A DNA stretch of 64,000 nucleotides, from positions 32,001 through 96,000 of the forward strand of contig JBNKBE010000005.1 in the NCBI GenBank assembly GCA_050287085.1, given 5' to 3'. Origin of the DNA: Polyangiaceae bacterium. Its GTDB lineage: Bacteria > Myxococcota_A > Polyangia > Polyangiales > Polyangiaceae. The notes beneath the pieces were generated by a model. That model worked only from the letters and a program-made list of their open reading frames with translations. It did no database searches and was not told the DNA's origin. How positions within the stretch are numbered: the stretch's first letter is position 1; each line of letters opens with the position of its first letter. Shown in pieces: positions 39,671-49,697 of this stretch. A program made the position numbers and the translations under genes.

Positions 39671-41245
39671 ATGACCTCCGCGGAGACTTCCCTCCCACCC
39701 CAGATTCACGCCCCATCGGCCCCGCCGCCGGGCGTACGACACGTTCTCACTGTAGCCGGAGGGCGCGGAGGAGTCGGCAGCAGTGTGGTCGCCGTCAATA
39801 CGGCGGTCTATCTGGCCCAGCTCGGCCGTCGCGTGCTGCTCGTTGATTCGAGCGCCTCGGGAGCCACTCTGCACACCATGTTGGGGATGCCACAGCCCTC
39901 GCTGCCCCGAGGTGAGGAGACGGAATCCGAAGAACTGCTCACCCTCGAAACGCCCATCCCCGGCCTGCGCCTGCTGCCCCAATTGTATCCCATCGGCAGC
40001 CCCGTCCCACTCCGCCCCGGACGCAAGCCACGCTGGACGAAACGGCTGCGTCAATTGGACGTCGACTACGTGCTGATCGATATCGGCTGCGCCTCGACCC
40101 CTGCAGGACTGGATCTCTTCCTGGGCGCAGACGTCGGTTTGATCGTGAGCAGCCCCGATCCACCAGCGGTCGAAGGCGCCTATCGCTTCTGCCGCCTAGC
40201 GTTTCAGCGCAGGCTGCGGCGACAATTGCTGCGCGATCGCTTTCATCTGCAGATGCTCGACCGCGCCGAACAGTCGCTGGGGCCGCTGCCTGCACCGGGT
40301 GATCTGGTGCGCGCGCTGGCCCGCCTCGATACCGGATTGGCCACGCGAGCGGCCCAGGACCTCGCGCGCTTTCGTCCCCGCTTCATCGTAAACAGAGCCC
40401 GCAGCCGGGGTGATACGGAGTTGGGGCTCGCCATGAGCGACATGGCGGAGCGCTATCTCAGCACCCACCTCGAATACCTTGGGCATATCGAGCGCGACGA
40501 CGCCGTGTGGCTGAGCGTTGCCCAGCTCAAGCCCCTGCTGATCGACAGCCCCACGAGCAAGAGCGCGCGCAACCTCGAACGCATTGCTCGTCGTCTGCTA
40601 TCGGTCGTCAGCCGCAAAGACGCGTCTGGCTTCGAACCGATGGCGCTGACGCATACCGCACCCACGCTTTATGACGTTCTGCTGACACACCGCGGAGCAT
40701 CCGACGACGAGCTGCGGCGTGCGTACAAGCGCCAACGCGAAATCTACAGGGAAAATAGCCTTCCCCTGACCTCATTGCTCGCCGCAGAAGAACTCCCGAA
40801 GGCCAACGCATTGGTCGATGAAGCTCACGACACCCTGTTGGATCCGCTTCGACGTCGAGCCTACGACATTTCCATGTTCCCGGAGAGCGAGAAGAACCCA
40901 CCGGCCCGAGATCCCCAACGGGACGCGGCGCTCGAAGCGGAACGTGCCTTGCTGCGTGAGGAGCTAGCGTCTGAGCTTAGCGCCGACAGCATTTTCACGG
41001 GAGACCTACTGCGCAAGATCCGAATGTCCCAGGCGGTGGAACTGGAAGACATCTCGGAACGCACCAAGATATCCAAAGCCTATCTTCAAGCAATCGAAGA
41101 AGAGCGCTTTGACCTACTGCCCGCTTTCGTCTATCTGCGCGGCTTCGTGTCCGAGGTGGCGAAGTACCTACGCCTGGATGTCATGCAGGTGACCCGGACG
41201 TACCTTCGACGCTATCGGCAATGGCGCAACGAACAAGAGCACTGA
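39671..41245 (+). CDS. FlhG/MinD-like P-loop domain fused to a J-like domain and a RodZ-type HTH
   Basis: VAGGRGGVGSS, RVLLVD, YVLIDIG; TLYDVL...ELRRAYK...AHDTLLDPLRRRAYD; LRKIR..LEDISERTKISKAYLQAIEE...YLRGF. Confidence 0.85.
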   Translation: MTSAETSLPPQIHAPSAPPPGVRHVLTVAGGRGGVGSSVVAVNTAVYLAQLGRRVLLVDSSASGATLHTMLGMPQPSLPRGEETESEELLTLETPIPGLRLLPQLYPIGSPVPLRPGRKPRWTKRLRQLDVDYVLIDIGCASTPAGLDLFLGADVGLIVSSPDPPAVEGAYRFCRLAFQRRLRRQLLRDRFHLQMLDRAEQSLGPLPAPGDLVRALARLDTGLATRAAQDLARFRPRFIVNRARSRGDTELGLAMSDMAERYLSTHLEYLGHIERDDAVWLSVAQLKPLLIDSPTSKSARNLERIARRLLSVVSRKDASGFEPMALTHTAPTLYDVLLTHRGASDDELRRAYKRQREIYRENSLPLTSLLAAEELPKANALVDEAHDTLLDPLRRRAYDISMFPESEKNPPARDPQRDAALEAERALLREELASELSADSIFTGDLLRKIRMSQAVELEDISERTKISKAYLQAIEEERFDLLPAFVYLRGFVSEVAKYLRLDVMQVTRTYLRRYRQWRNEQEH

Positions 41246-42630
41246 GCTCCGGCGATTGGCAGGCGAGCACGGCGCTCGGACTGCTCGCTCTTATCCCGCG
41301 CCTGTACGTGGCCTTGGCCTGGGCGCGCGAACCCGTCTGGGACGGGCACTACTATCACTTTGGGGCCAAGCGCATAGCCGCAGGCTTGGGCTACTCCGAG
41401 GATGTCGTGGTCAATGGCGTGCTTACGTGGAAGCCGTGGTGTCACTACCCGGTCGGCTACAGCGGCTTCCTCGGAGGACTGTACCGCGTCCTAGGACCAG
41501 GGCTCTGGGTCGCGCCCCTAGCCAATGCCCTCGTGGGCACCCTTGTGGTCGTCCTCATCCATCGAATTGCCCGCACGTGGCTCAGCCCTCCTAGGGCGCG
41601 CTGGGCGGGGCTGCTCGTCGCGCTGCATCCGGGTCTGATTCTCTACACGGCGCTGGTCATGACCGAAGGATTGGCAGGCCTGTTGCTCATCGCTGCCGCT
41701 TGCGCTGCGTTGGCCTCGCGCCGTCGAGGTCGCTCCTGGCCGTGGGTTAGCCTCTCTGGGGTTCTTGTAGGGCTCGGGGCTCTGGTTCGCCCGCCTGCTC
41801 TTCTCATGCTTCCGTGGCACGCGTTCCTACTGCCGGGGGGCTGGCGTCGCCGCATTGCTTGGCTTGCGCTCACAGGATTGGCGTGCTGCATGGCGATCGC
41901 GCCTTGGACCGCGCGCAACTGCCGGGTCATGGACGATTGTGCGCTGATTTCTACCAACGGCGGCTGGAACCTCGCTATCGGCGCGATGGGTCAAACTGGA
42001 CGTTTTGAGACAATCCGAGCCGGCATGGGGTGCCCAGGCCCGGGCCAAGTCCGACAAGACCGCTGCTGGGGGGATGTCGGTCGCGCCCGAATCGCGAACG
42101 AGCCCAGCCGATGGCTCGCGCTGATCCCCAAGAAACTGCGACATACCTTCAACCACGAATCCTTCGCCGTCGGGTACCTCCGTGAGGCAAACCCCGGACT
42201 CTTCTCCGAAGCCACATGGGAGCAATTGCGGCGACTGCAAACCGGATGGCATCATCTATTGCTACTCGTTGCAGCGCTCGGCTGCATCGCGCGCCCTAGC
42301 CTCGGGCTGCCCCGACGAGCTCTCGCGAGCCAATCAGCGCTCCTCGTCGCGCTCGTCGTCTTCGTCGGGTGGGCTTTGAACCAAAGTGAACCCCCGTTGT
42401 ACTGGCTTGCAGTCGGCGTGCCCGCACTAGCGCTCATTCCGTGGCCGGGCCGGCCGCCGCTCGCGGGCGTCGCCTACTACGCGCTCGGGGGCCTATTGAT
42501 GACCGCTGCAACATCGGCTCTATTCTTTGGCGAAGATCGCTACCACATGCCCGTCAGCCCGTTGCTCGCTCTGCTCGCTGCCGGCGCGCTACGCTCGAGC
42601 GCGTGCGCGCCGCCGAAGAGCGCCCCGTAA
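41221..42630 (+). CDS. GT-C (ArnT/PMT, GT39/83-like) membrane glycosyltransferase
   Basis: WDGHYYH, HYPVGYSGFLG, VMTEGL, LVRP, PWTARN, ISTNGGWNL, RYHMP; many TM helices. Confidence 0.8.
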   Translation: MAQRTRALSSGDWQASTALGLLALIPRLYVALAWAREPVWDGHYYHFGAKRIAAGLGYSEDVVVNGVLTWKPWCHYPVGYSGFLGGLYRVLGPGLWVAPLANALVGTLVVVLIHRIARTWLSPPRARWAGLLVALHPGLILYTALVMTEGLAGLLLIAAACAALASRRRGRSWPWVSLSGVLVGLGALVRPPALLMLPWHAFLLPGGWRRRIAWLALTGLACCMAIAPWTARNCRVMDDCALISTNGGWNLAIGAMGQTGRFETIRAGMGCPGPGQVRQDRCWGDVGRARIANEPSRWLALIPKKLRHTFNHESFAVGYLREANPGLFSEATWEQLRRLQTGWHHLLLLVAALGCIARPSLGLPRRALASQSALLVALVVFVGWALNQSEPPLYWLAVGVPALALIPWPGRPPLAGVAYYALGGLLMTAATSALFFGEDRYHMPVSPLLALLAAGALRSSACAPPKSAP

Positions 42631-42887
42631 GGGCCGCGCATGGGGACGTCATATTGCGCCAGCGGATCTCCTTGCTGCGGCGGGTCCTTGGAAGCGCCGT
42701 GGCTGGCCGAAAAGCCGAACGCATTGCAGCCGCTCCGCCGGCGCTCGTGGTAGATCGGAGTCGCGTTTTCCGGAACACTGCGTGCCTGCGCTACCGCATC
42801 GCATTGAACGTCATGTCACTTCATTCCAGCTACGGATCATCCCCTGCCGCCTGGCGCCAATGCGTCCCTTCGCTCCTACGCGGACGC

Positions 42888-43796
42888 ATGCGATCACTCG
42901 GCGCGCAACTCGCGATATTGGTTGGGCTGTGCATTCTGCCCGGGCGTGCCCAGGCCTTCGCCCACACCGTGATGCCGGGCGATACACTCGCGAGCATTGC
43001 CGAGACCTTCTACGGCCGCATCCAACACGAGAATCTGCTTGTGGTCGCCAACGCTCTGGAGGCCCAGGGCGGGATCCGGATCGCTCCGGGAATGCGCCTC
43101 GAAGTCCCTGCTTTGAGCTACGTCCGCACGCAGCCCGCCGACACCTGGAAGGCCTTGGCCCTCGAATTGCTCGGGGGAGAGCACCGCGCCGCCGCTTTGG
43201 CTAGCGCCAACGGAACCAAACCCTGGCTACCCCCCGACCCCGACACCGAGATCATCGTCCCCTACAACTTGCGTTACGTTACCACCGGCGACGAAACGAT
43301 TGTGGGCTTGGCCTACCGCTACCTGGGCGATCGCAAGCTCGCCTGGATGCTTGATCAATACAATCAGCGCAAAGGTCGGCGGATTCAGCGCGGAGAGGTC
43401 GTGCTCATCCCGATCACCGACATTCGTCTGACAGCAGCCGGCAAAGCAGCTGCCGAACGAGCAGATCAAAGAGTCAGACTGCAGTCTGGCGGCGACACGC
43501 GGGAACTACAACTGCGAGTTGAAAAGGAACTGGCTCAGCTCAAGGCTGACATTCACCAAGGCCACTATGTTGCTGCTGTCGCGCGAGCCAACCGCTTCCT
43601 CGGCGAAGGCACCCTCACGCAAAAACAACGTGCCATCAGCTATCAACGGCTGGTTACCGCCTACGTAGCACTTGGCACTGAAGGCCTCGCCCGGGATGCC
43701 TGCGCCAAATGGAAGGAAGCAGCCGGGCAGGTCAACCTCGATCCGCTACGGGTAAGCCCCAAGATCCGAGCGGCCTGCGGAGAACCGACGCCTTGA
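42888..43796 (+). CDS. Exported LysM-repeat protein
   Basis: Signal peptide ending AQA; HTVMPGDTLASIAETFYG...N...IAPGMRLEVP and two further LysM-like repeats; helical C-terminus. Confidence 0.8.
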   Translation: MRSLGAQLAILVGLCILPGRAQAFAHTVMPGDTLASIAETFYGRIQHENLLVVANALEAQGGIRIAPGMRLEVPALSYVRTQPADTWKALALELLGGEHRAAALASANGTKPWLPPDPDTEIIVPYNLRYVTTGDETIVGLAYRYLGDRKLAWMLDQYNQRKGRRIQRGEVVLIPITDIRLTAAGKAAAERADQRVRLQSGGDTRELQLRVEKELAQLKADIHQGHYVAAVARANRFLGEGTLTQKQRAISYQRLVTAYVALGTEGLARDACAKWKEAAGQVNLDPLRVSPKIRAACGEPTP

Positions 43797-44731
43797 CGTT
43801 GCCCGCCGCAGAAGGCATCGACTGGGAGCGACTGAGCTCCTTGAGATTGCGAGCCGAAGAACTCGTATCGGGGGTGTACGCGGGAGCGCACCGCAGTCTC
43901 CGCCACGGAGGCGGAGTGGAGTTCGCTGGGCACCGGGACTACGCGCCGGGAGACGATCTTCGACGCCTGGACACGCGGGCTTTGCTGCGACACGGACGAC
44001 TGCTAGTCCGCGAATTTCAGAGCGACACGCAACGCTCGGTATTCGTCGTATGCGACGCAACGCGCTCGATGGACTATCGCAGCTCGCCCGAGTTGCCGAC
44101 CAAAGCGGAGTATGCCCAACTGCTTTGCGCGGGTCTCTTGCGACTCGCTCTGGCCGAAAGCGACGCCATGGCGCTCTCGTTCTTGGGCGGAGGTGGTGCC
44201 CTCCCCCTTGCGCCCAGAGGAGGGAAAATGGCCTACGAGCGCTGCTTGGCCGCCTTGTCGAGCACGAGCGCAAGCGACCAGGACCTGAACGAGAAAACAC
44301 TGCTGGAAGCAGTAGTCTCCATCGCCCGTCGAGCTCGTCCGGGCGCCGCCATTGTCGTCGTCACCGACGGCCTGGACCTACCCCCCAACGCGGAAGGCGA
44401 ACTTGCTGCGCTGGCGACTGGTGGCCGCGAATTGGCAGTGGTGCAACTTCTTGATCCGCGCGAGCGAAACTTCGACTTCGAGGGTCCTCTGAGACTTAAA
44501 GCAAGCCGCAGCGAGCGCGTCGTCGAGACCGATGCGGGCTCGGCTCGGGCAGGCTACTTGCGCGCTCTGGGCGCTCTCCAGAGCCGTTGGAAGAGCGTAT
44601 TGAACGCGCATGGCGCCGGCTTCGTGACGAGCCTGACCAGCGAAGATCCAGTGGCGGTCCTGCGCCGCGTGATCTTCACTTTGCAGCGCCGCGGTGAAAC
44701 ACACGATCCGATGCCGAGGCGCTTGGCGTGA
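43793..44731 (+). CDS. DUF58 family protein (vWA-like, normally MoxR-associated)
   Basis: GAHRS..HGGGVEFAGHRDYAPGDDLRRLD, VREF, DATRSM, VVTDG. TTG start overlaps the LysM gene stop. Confidence 0.92.
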   Translation: MTLPAAEGIDWERLSSLRLRAEELVSGVYAGAHRSLRHGGGVEFAGHRDYAPGDDLRRLDTRALLRHGRLLVREFQSDTQRSVFVVCDATRSMDYRSSPELPTKAEYAQLLCAGLLRLALAESDAMALSFLGGGGALPLAPRGGKMAYERCLAALSSTSASDQDLNEKTLLEAVVSIARRARPGAAIVVVTDGLDLPPNAEGELAALATGGRELAVVQLLDPRERNFDFEGPLRLKASRSERVVETDAGSARAGYLRALGALQSRWKSVLNAHGAGFVTSLTSEDPVAVLRRVIFTLQRRGETHDPMPRRLA

Positions 44732-46713
44732 GCTTCGTAACCGCTCTAGCGCTGCTGGTCGGCGTCTTCGTTGGCCTTCCTGTGCTGGCACATATGCTGC
44801 GCAAGGGGCGCACGCGCGAACACGACTTTCCCCCGGCCGAGCTCGTGCCCCCGACGACGACATCGTCGAAAGAACGCCGTCACCTAGATGATCGACTGCT
44901 GCTGGCCGTGCGCGGGGGTATGCTGCTCGCGCTGGCCGTACTGGGCGCCACTCCCCTGGTCACCTGCTCCGATCTTGCCGTCGAACGCACCAACGGAGCT
45001 TCGGTAGCCGTCGCCATCGTACTCGACGACTCGCACAGCATGAGAGGGCTGGTGGGAGATACATCAAGACTTCGCCGTGCTGAGGTTGGGGCAAAACAAC
45101 TCCTCGCATCGGCCCGCACGGGTGACGCTTTCGCCCTGGTCCTCGCGGGCAAACCGGCTCGCTTGTTGCTCAGTGCAACAACGGACCTGAGCGCTGTCTC
45201 ACGCGCCCTGACACAGGTGAGCGCTAGCGATCGAGATACGGATCTCCCCGGTGCCCTGGATCTAGCGCAGCAGTCGCTCGATACGCTGCCCCATAGCGAC
45301 AAGAAGATTGTCGTCCTCAGCGATCTGGAGGACGCGCTGCCCTCAGCGCTGGACGAAAGGGTGCGCTTTCCGCTGCCAGAACTAGCGAAGAAGGCCCCAA
45401 ACTGCGGCGTAGCGAGTGCCACCGAAGAAGGACAGAATGTCGTCGTTACTCTCGGATGCAATAGCCCGCAAGCCGCAGCCGGCAGATCGGTCGAACTCCT
45501 TGTCCGTGGGGATAGTGACGCCCCCGTTCAAGCGGCGGCGACACTTCAAGCCGTGGTGGGGGTACAGAGACAGGTCCTTCGACGTGATGCCCTGGGTCTG
45601 CCACTAGCAGTGCGCCTCACCGGCCGTGACCAACTTGCGAACGACGACGAGGCCCCCGTCGCCGCTGAAGTCCCCAGAGAGACGATCGCCATTGTAGTCG
45701 ACAGCGCGCGCGCGTCGGCTGCCACCGGCGGCCCTACCGTCATCGAACAGGCATTGGGTGCGCTGAACGCGGATGTCGTTCTGCGCCCCCTTGCCACCGT
45801 CCCGGACAACGCCGAAGACCTCAGCACCTTCGATGCCGTCTTGCTCGACGATCCTGCGGGCCTTTCACCCGAGGCGCGAGGCGCATTGACGGCATGGCTA
45901 GAAAACGGTCACGCGGCGCTGGCGCTGCTGGGCCCGAACGCCGCATCATCACAGCTCGCCTCTTCCCTGCAGCCCTTCATTCGCGAAGGCGCCCCTTGGG
46001 AAGCGCACGACCAGGAGCTTGACCCCGATAGTTTGTCGTGGCTCGGCCCCGGCTCGGACACCCTCGACCACGTCAGGATCGATAGCCCAGAGAACGGTCG
46101 CCTCCGGCTCGACGGCGCCGACTTGCCCGATTCGACGGTCGTTGGGCGCTGGTCTGATGGAGTACCCTGGCTGCTACGGCGGAACCTGGGCGCGGGTATC
46201 GTGCTTGCAGCCGGACTCCCCGCGTCGGTAGACAATAGCGACTTGGCACTTCGGCCCGGGTTCTTGACGTTGCTGCAGTGGCTCCTGGACGAGACCCGCG
46301 CGCGCACGGGGGGTCAAATGGGTGGCGTGGGTGATCAATGGCTCTTCCCGGCGTCCGCTCATACCCAGGTTGTCGGCCCAGACGGCCCACTGAAAGGCAA
46401 GTCCGCCGTCCTCGACGGCGTCCATTGGGAGGCTTTTGTCCCGGAACTGGCGGGCCTGTACCAAGTGACCAGCGACGGTACGACCCGCCAGCGCATCGCA
46501 GTGCTCAAGCCCGAAGAATTGACGCGCAGCCCCGCTCAAGTGCCCCGAGAAGCCACGAACACCGCCCAGGGCGGTCGGACCGTCCGTGTTGATGCATCGC
46601 CCAAGTGGGCGCTCTTTGTGTTGGCCCTGTTTGCATTGGAGCTGTTGATTCGCCACCGAACGGGACGCGGCCGCGTCGGGCTGGAGTCGAGCAACGGGTA
46701 CGCAGGTGTCTGA
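44728..46713 (+). CDS. BatA-domain and vWA membrane protein
   Basis: BatA N-terminus LPVLAHML...FP...LLLAVR, MIDAS LDDSHSM, TDL, VLSD, GATase-like middle region and C-terminal TM helix. Confidence 0.85.
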   Translation: MSFVTALALLVGVFVGLPVLAHMLRKGRTREHDFPPAELVPPTTTSSKERRHLDDRLLLAVRGGMLLALAVLGATPLVTCSDLAVERTNGASVAVAIVLDDSHSMRGLVGDTSRLRRAEVGAKQLLASARTGDAFALVLAGKPARLLLSATTDLSAVSRALTQVSASDRDTDLPGALDLAQQSLDTLPHSDKKIVVLSDLEDALPSALDERVRFPLPELAKKAPNCGVASATEEGQNVVVTLGCNSPQAAAGRSVELLVRGDSDAPVQAAATLQAVVGVQRQVLRRDALGLPLAVRLTGRDQLANDDEAPVAAEVPRETIAIVVDSARASAATGGPTVIEQALGALNADVVLRPLATVPDNAEDLSTFDAVLLDDPAGLSPEARGALTAWLENGHAALALLGPNAASSQLASSLQPFIREGAPWEAHDQELDPDSLSWLGPGSDTLDHVRIDSPENGRLRLDGADLPDSTVVGRWSDGVPWLLRRNLGAGIVLAAGLPASVDNSDLALRPGFLTLLQWLLDETRARTGGQMGGVGDQWLFPASAHTQVVGPDGPLKGKSAVLDGVHWEAFVPELAGLYQVTSDGTTRQRIAVLKPEELTRSPAQVPREATNTAQGGRTVRVDASPKWALFVLALFALELLIRHRTGRGRVGLESSNGYAGV

Positions 46714-49579
46714 CGGGGGCAAGGCGTCGTCGCTGCGCGATCCGGCACGCAAGCGCGAGGCCAGGAGCTACGTCGTTCTATTGGCCCTCCTCGGATCCCT
46801 CGCCTGGGCGGGACGACAGCAAGCGCCCGTCCTGGGTATGTTGTGGCTCGCGGTCGCGCTCGCGGTGGCGTGGCCGCGACTCGTTTCATGGGGCCGCAGC
46901 CTGCGCCTCAGTCGCACCGCCGAGCTCGCCATCGCGGCCCTGGTTCTGCTGGTTGTGACGTGGGGATTGTGGCGCCACGTATATGCGGCGGGCCGATTTG
47001 CAGATACGAAAGACCACCACATCATGCTCGAACGAGCGAGAGAACTCGCCCGCTCGCTGCAGACCGGACACATTCAGCACTACACCCATTTTCTCCAGGG
47101 TGGCGACGCATTGTGGGATTTGTACCCGGTACTTCCAGGCGTGGCAGCCGCCTTGATCGACTCGATACTGCCAGGCGATCCGCCATTTGAAGCAGCCTAC
47201 ACGGCCGTGGTCGTAGGCAGCTACTGGCTCCGAGGATTGGCGGTATACACCCTAGGTCGCAGCGTGGCCTCCCGCTACAGCGCCGCGCTGTTGACGGCCG
47301 CAAGCCTGCTCGATGTCGGCAGCGGCGTCTGGGACGGAACTTGGGCCGCCACCATTCACTGGGGTCTCGTTCATAGCAACCTTGGGATCTCGTTTGCGGC
47401 CTTGGCGCTGGCTATCGCCGGCACAAGTCTTCGCACCCGAAGAATCAGCGCCTTGTGGCTTAGCGCGGGGTGCACCTGTGCCGCGCTCATGTCCCACCCG
47501 CTTGCGCTGATCTACCTCGGCGTTACCTTGTCAACCACGTGGCTCGCCGGACTCTCGGAGCGCATCCGTCCGCAACGCCTGCTCTGGTATGGCGGGGGGG
47601 TGGCGCTCGGCTGCACCCTGGCGGGTTGGTGGTTCGTCCCCTATTCGACCGGTCTGAAAGCCCTCGGCGTGCGCTTCCCCTGGCCCGGCGAAGACTTCGC
47701 GACGCTCGGGGGTGGACTGCTGACAGGCCAACGCCCCCTGGGTGACTTCGGAGGCTTCCATGGCTTCGTGCTGCTCGCTTGCCTCGCCGCGCTCCTGACC
47801 CGCGACAGAGCCTCACGCTCGCGCAACGTCTTGCTTCGTGGCTATAGCCTCGGCTCCCTGCTGCTCTTCTGCTTGGTGCTTTCTCCTTTTGCCATCTCAC
47901 TGCAGGCCTTCGAGCTGCTACCGAGTCTGCTCGGAATACAACCCGCCCGGCTATTTATGGTCCTGAAGGTGAGCGTCGTACCTGTCGCTGCCTGGGCACT
48001 AGACCGCCTTTTTTCAGAACTGGGAAACCGCTCTAGCCTCGCTCTTTGGCCCACCTTGCAGCGCTCGCTCCTGGCTCTCCTCCTGCTCTTTGGGATTGGG
48101 CCAGCGCTCGACAGCGCCCTCGGCGGCTTGCGCGTGAAGCTGCAGAGCCAAGCGGTAATGGGCTCACTTGCCGACCCCCTACCGCCCCATGGCTCCGAGG
48201 TCGACGACGACCTGGCCAAGGTAATGCGCTATCTGGGCGAGGTTCGCTCCCGCGAGACCTCCAAGACGCCCTTTCGCATGCTCACGCGCTGGGCCTCCTG
48301 GGAACAGTGGGGGCTGTGGTGGTTCCCGTGGAGAATCAAGGTTCCCATGGTGCTCATGGATCCCTTGCCTGGAAACTTCATGGCGATACGCCCGCAGCAC
48401 CTGACCCTCGAGTGTCTCAGGGAGTGGAACGTGCGTTTCATGGTGCAGCAGGACGCCGAAGATGGCTCGCCGGTGGCGCTCGCAGGAGTGACGGAGCGCT
48501 TTGCCAGTGGCCGCTATCACGTCTACGAAGTCGCGGACTACGACGATCGCTTCGTCGTCCCGGTGAGCCGCGAACAAGACGTGCACATCAGCGATCTCAC
48601 AGTAGAGGGGGACCGCATTCGCTTCGAAGTGAGCGGCGCATCCGAACCCTTGCCCGTGCGGATTCGAGCGGCGTGGTTCCCCCGCTGGCGAGCCGTACAA
48701 GATGGAGCTCCCGTCGCCGTCAGCGCCCTGCCCGCGCACACGGACCCCAGCGGCGACGACTATCAAGGGCACGAGGCACAGCTCGCCTTGGAGGTTCGGA
48801 ATGGCGTTGTCGAGCTACGGTGCGACGGCCCTATGCCGCATCAACGAACGGGGCAGGCTCTGACCTGGCTCGGCCTGGCCGCGGGGTTGGCAACGTCCTT
48901 TCGTCCCATCAGACTGGGCGCGCTGAAGCAAGCTCGCCGTGGCGTAGCTTGCGCGACGGGTTGGTCGCGCGTCATGCGTCGCCGAGGGCTCAAGAAGGTG
49001 AGGGTGGCCGCAGCTTTCGTTGCAAGCCTCATCCTGGGGTTCTTTCTTTTCAAACTCGCTCTCTCGGGTCGGAGCGATCGGCTCCGCCTGGGCGGACCAC
49101 TGCCGAACGATGCGACATGGCTCAGCCACTCCCGCGGCGGAGCGACAAGCCCCTGCCGCCGGGGTTGGCTTCGCAGTAACTTCCACTGCACTTTCGGCAC
49201 GGAAGCGGTGCAAGTCTCTCCGCGCATGGGCTTTACTCGTGGATACCGCGGCGAATTCGCGCAGGTGTGGCCCGGTGTATCAATACGACTGCCGGCCGCT
49301 GGGGACGAGTTGGTGATCGACGCCCCCATGCTTCGAGGCAGAAGCCAGCTGCTAGTACGCTACAATACGAGCGCCCCGACAACCTTCGAGCTCTGGCAAG
49401 GATCCAGCAAGCTGAAGGAACACCATGCGCCCGCTGAATGGTCCAAGCTTAACATCGATCTTCCCGATCAAGACTCGGGGGTCCGCCTGGTGCTGCGAGC
49501 CACCCAAGCGGCCAGCACGGTGACGTTCGACGCGCGGCTCGTCACTCCGACGAATCTGTCAGACGAGCCAGAACACTAG
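46706..49579 (+). CDS. Large membrane protein, YfhO/PTPS-related GT-C-like
   Basis: DHHIM, QGGDAL..LYP, many TM helices, SHP, LAGWWFVP, and a YfhO-like soluble segment (WFPRWRAVQDG). Confidence 0.65.
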   Translation: MSDGGKASSLRDPARKREARSYVVLLALLGSLAWAGRQQAPVLGMLWLAVALAVAWPRLVSWGRSLRLSRTAELAIAALVLLVVTWGLWRHVYAAGRFADTKDHHIMLERARELARSLQTGHIQHYTHFLQGGDALWDLYPVLPGVAAALIDSILPGDPPFEAAYTAVVVGSYWLRGLAVYTLGRSVASRYSAALLTAASLLDVGSGVWDGTWAATIHWGLVHSNLGISFAALALAIAGTSLRTRRISALWLSAGCTCAALMSHPLALIYLGVTLSTTWLAGLSERIRPQRLLWYGGGVALGCTLAGWWFVPYSTGLKALGVRFPWPGEDFATLGGGLLTGQRPLGDFGGFHGFVLLACLAALLTRDRASRSRNVLLRGYSLGSLLLFCLVLSPFAISLQAFELLPSLLGIQPARLFMVLKVSVVPVAAWALDRLFSELGNRSSLALWPTLQRSLLALLLLFGIGPALDSALGGLRVKLQSQAVMGSLADPLPPHGSEVDDDLAKVMRYLGEVRSRETSKTPFRMLTRWASWEQWGLWWFPWRIKVPMVLMDPLPGNFMAIRPQHLTLECLREWNVRFMVQQDAEDGSPVALAGVTERFASGRYHVYEVADYDDRFVVPVSREQDVHISDLTVEGDRIRFEVSGASEPLPVRIRAAWFPRWRAVQDGAPVAVSALPAHTDPSGDDYQGHEAQLALEVRNGVVELRCDGPMPHQRTGQALTWLGLAAGLATSFRPIRLGALKQARRGVACATGWSRVMRRRGLKKVRVAAAFVASLILGFFLFKLALSGRSDRLRLGGPLPNDATWLSHSRGGATSPCRRGWLRSNFHCTFGTEAVQVSPRMGFTRGYRGEFAQVWPGVSIRLPAAGDELVIDAPMLRGRSQLLVRYNTSAPTTFELWQGSSKLKEHHAPAEWSKLNIDLPDQDSGVRLVLRATQAASTVTFDARLVTPTNLSDEPEH

Positions 49580-49697
49580 CCAATGCCGAACCTGGCGGCC
49601 GATTGCCCCGCCGCACTCTGCGCCCGCGATTGCACCGGCTCTCGCGATGCAGTCGTCGAGGGTTGTGCTGGGATGGCAATTATGTCAGGCCTCGGAC

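Noticed and set aside
48046..49179. 377-aa same-strand alternative-frame ORF
   Set aside because: Arg/Ala/Pro-rich off-frame translation inside the 957-aa membrane gene.
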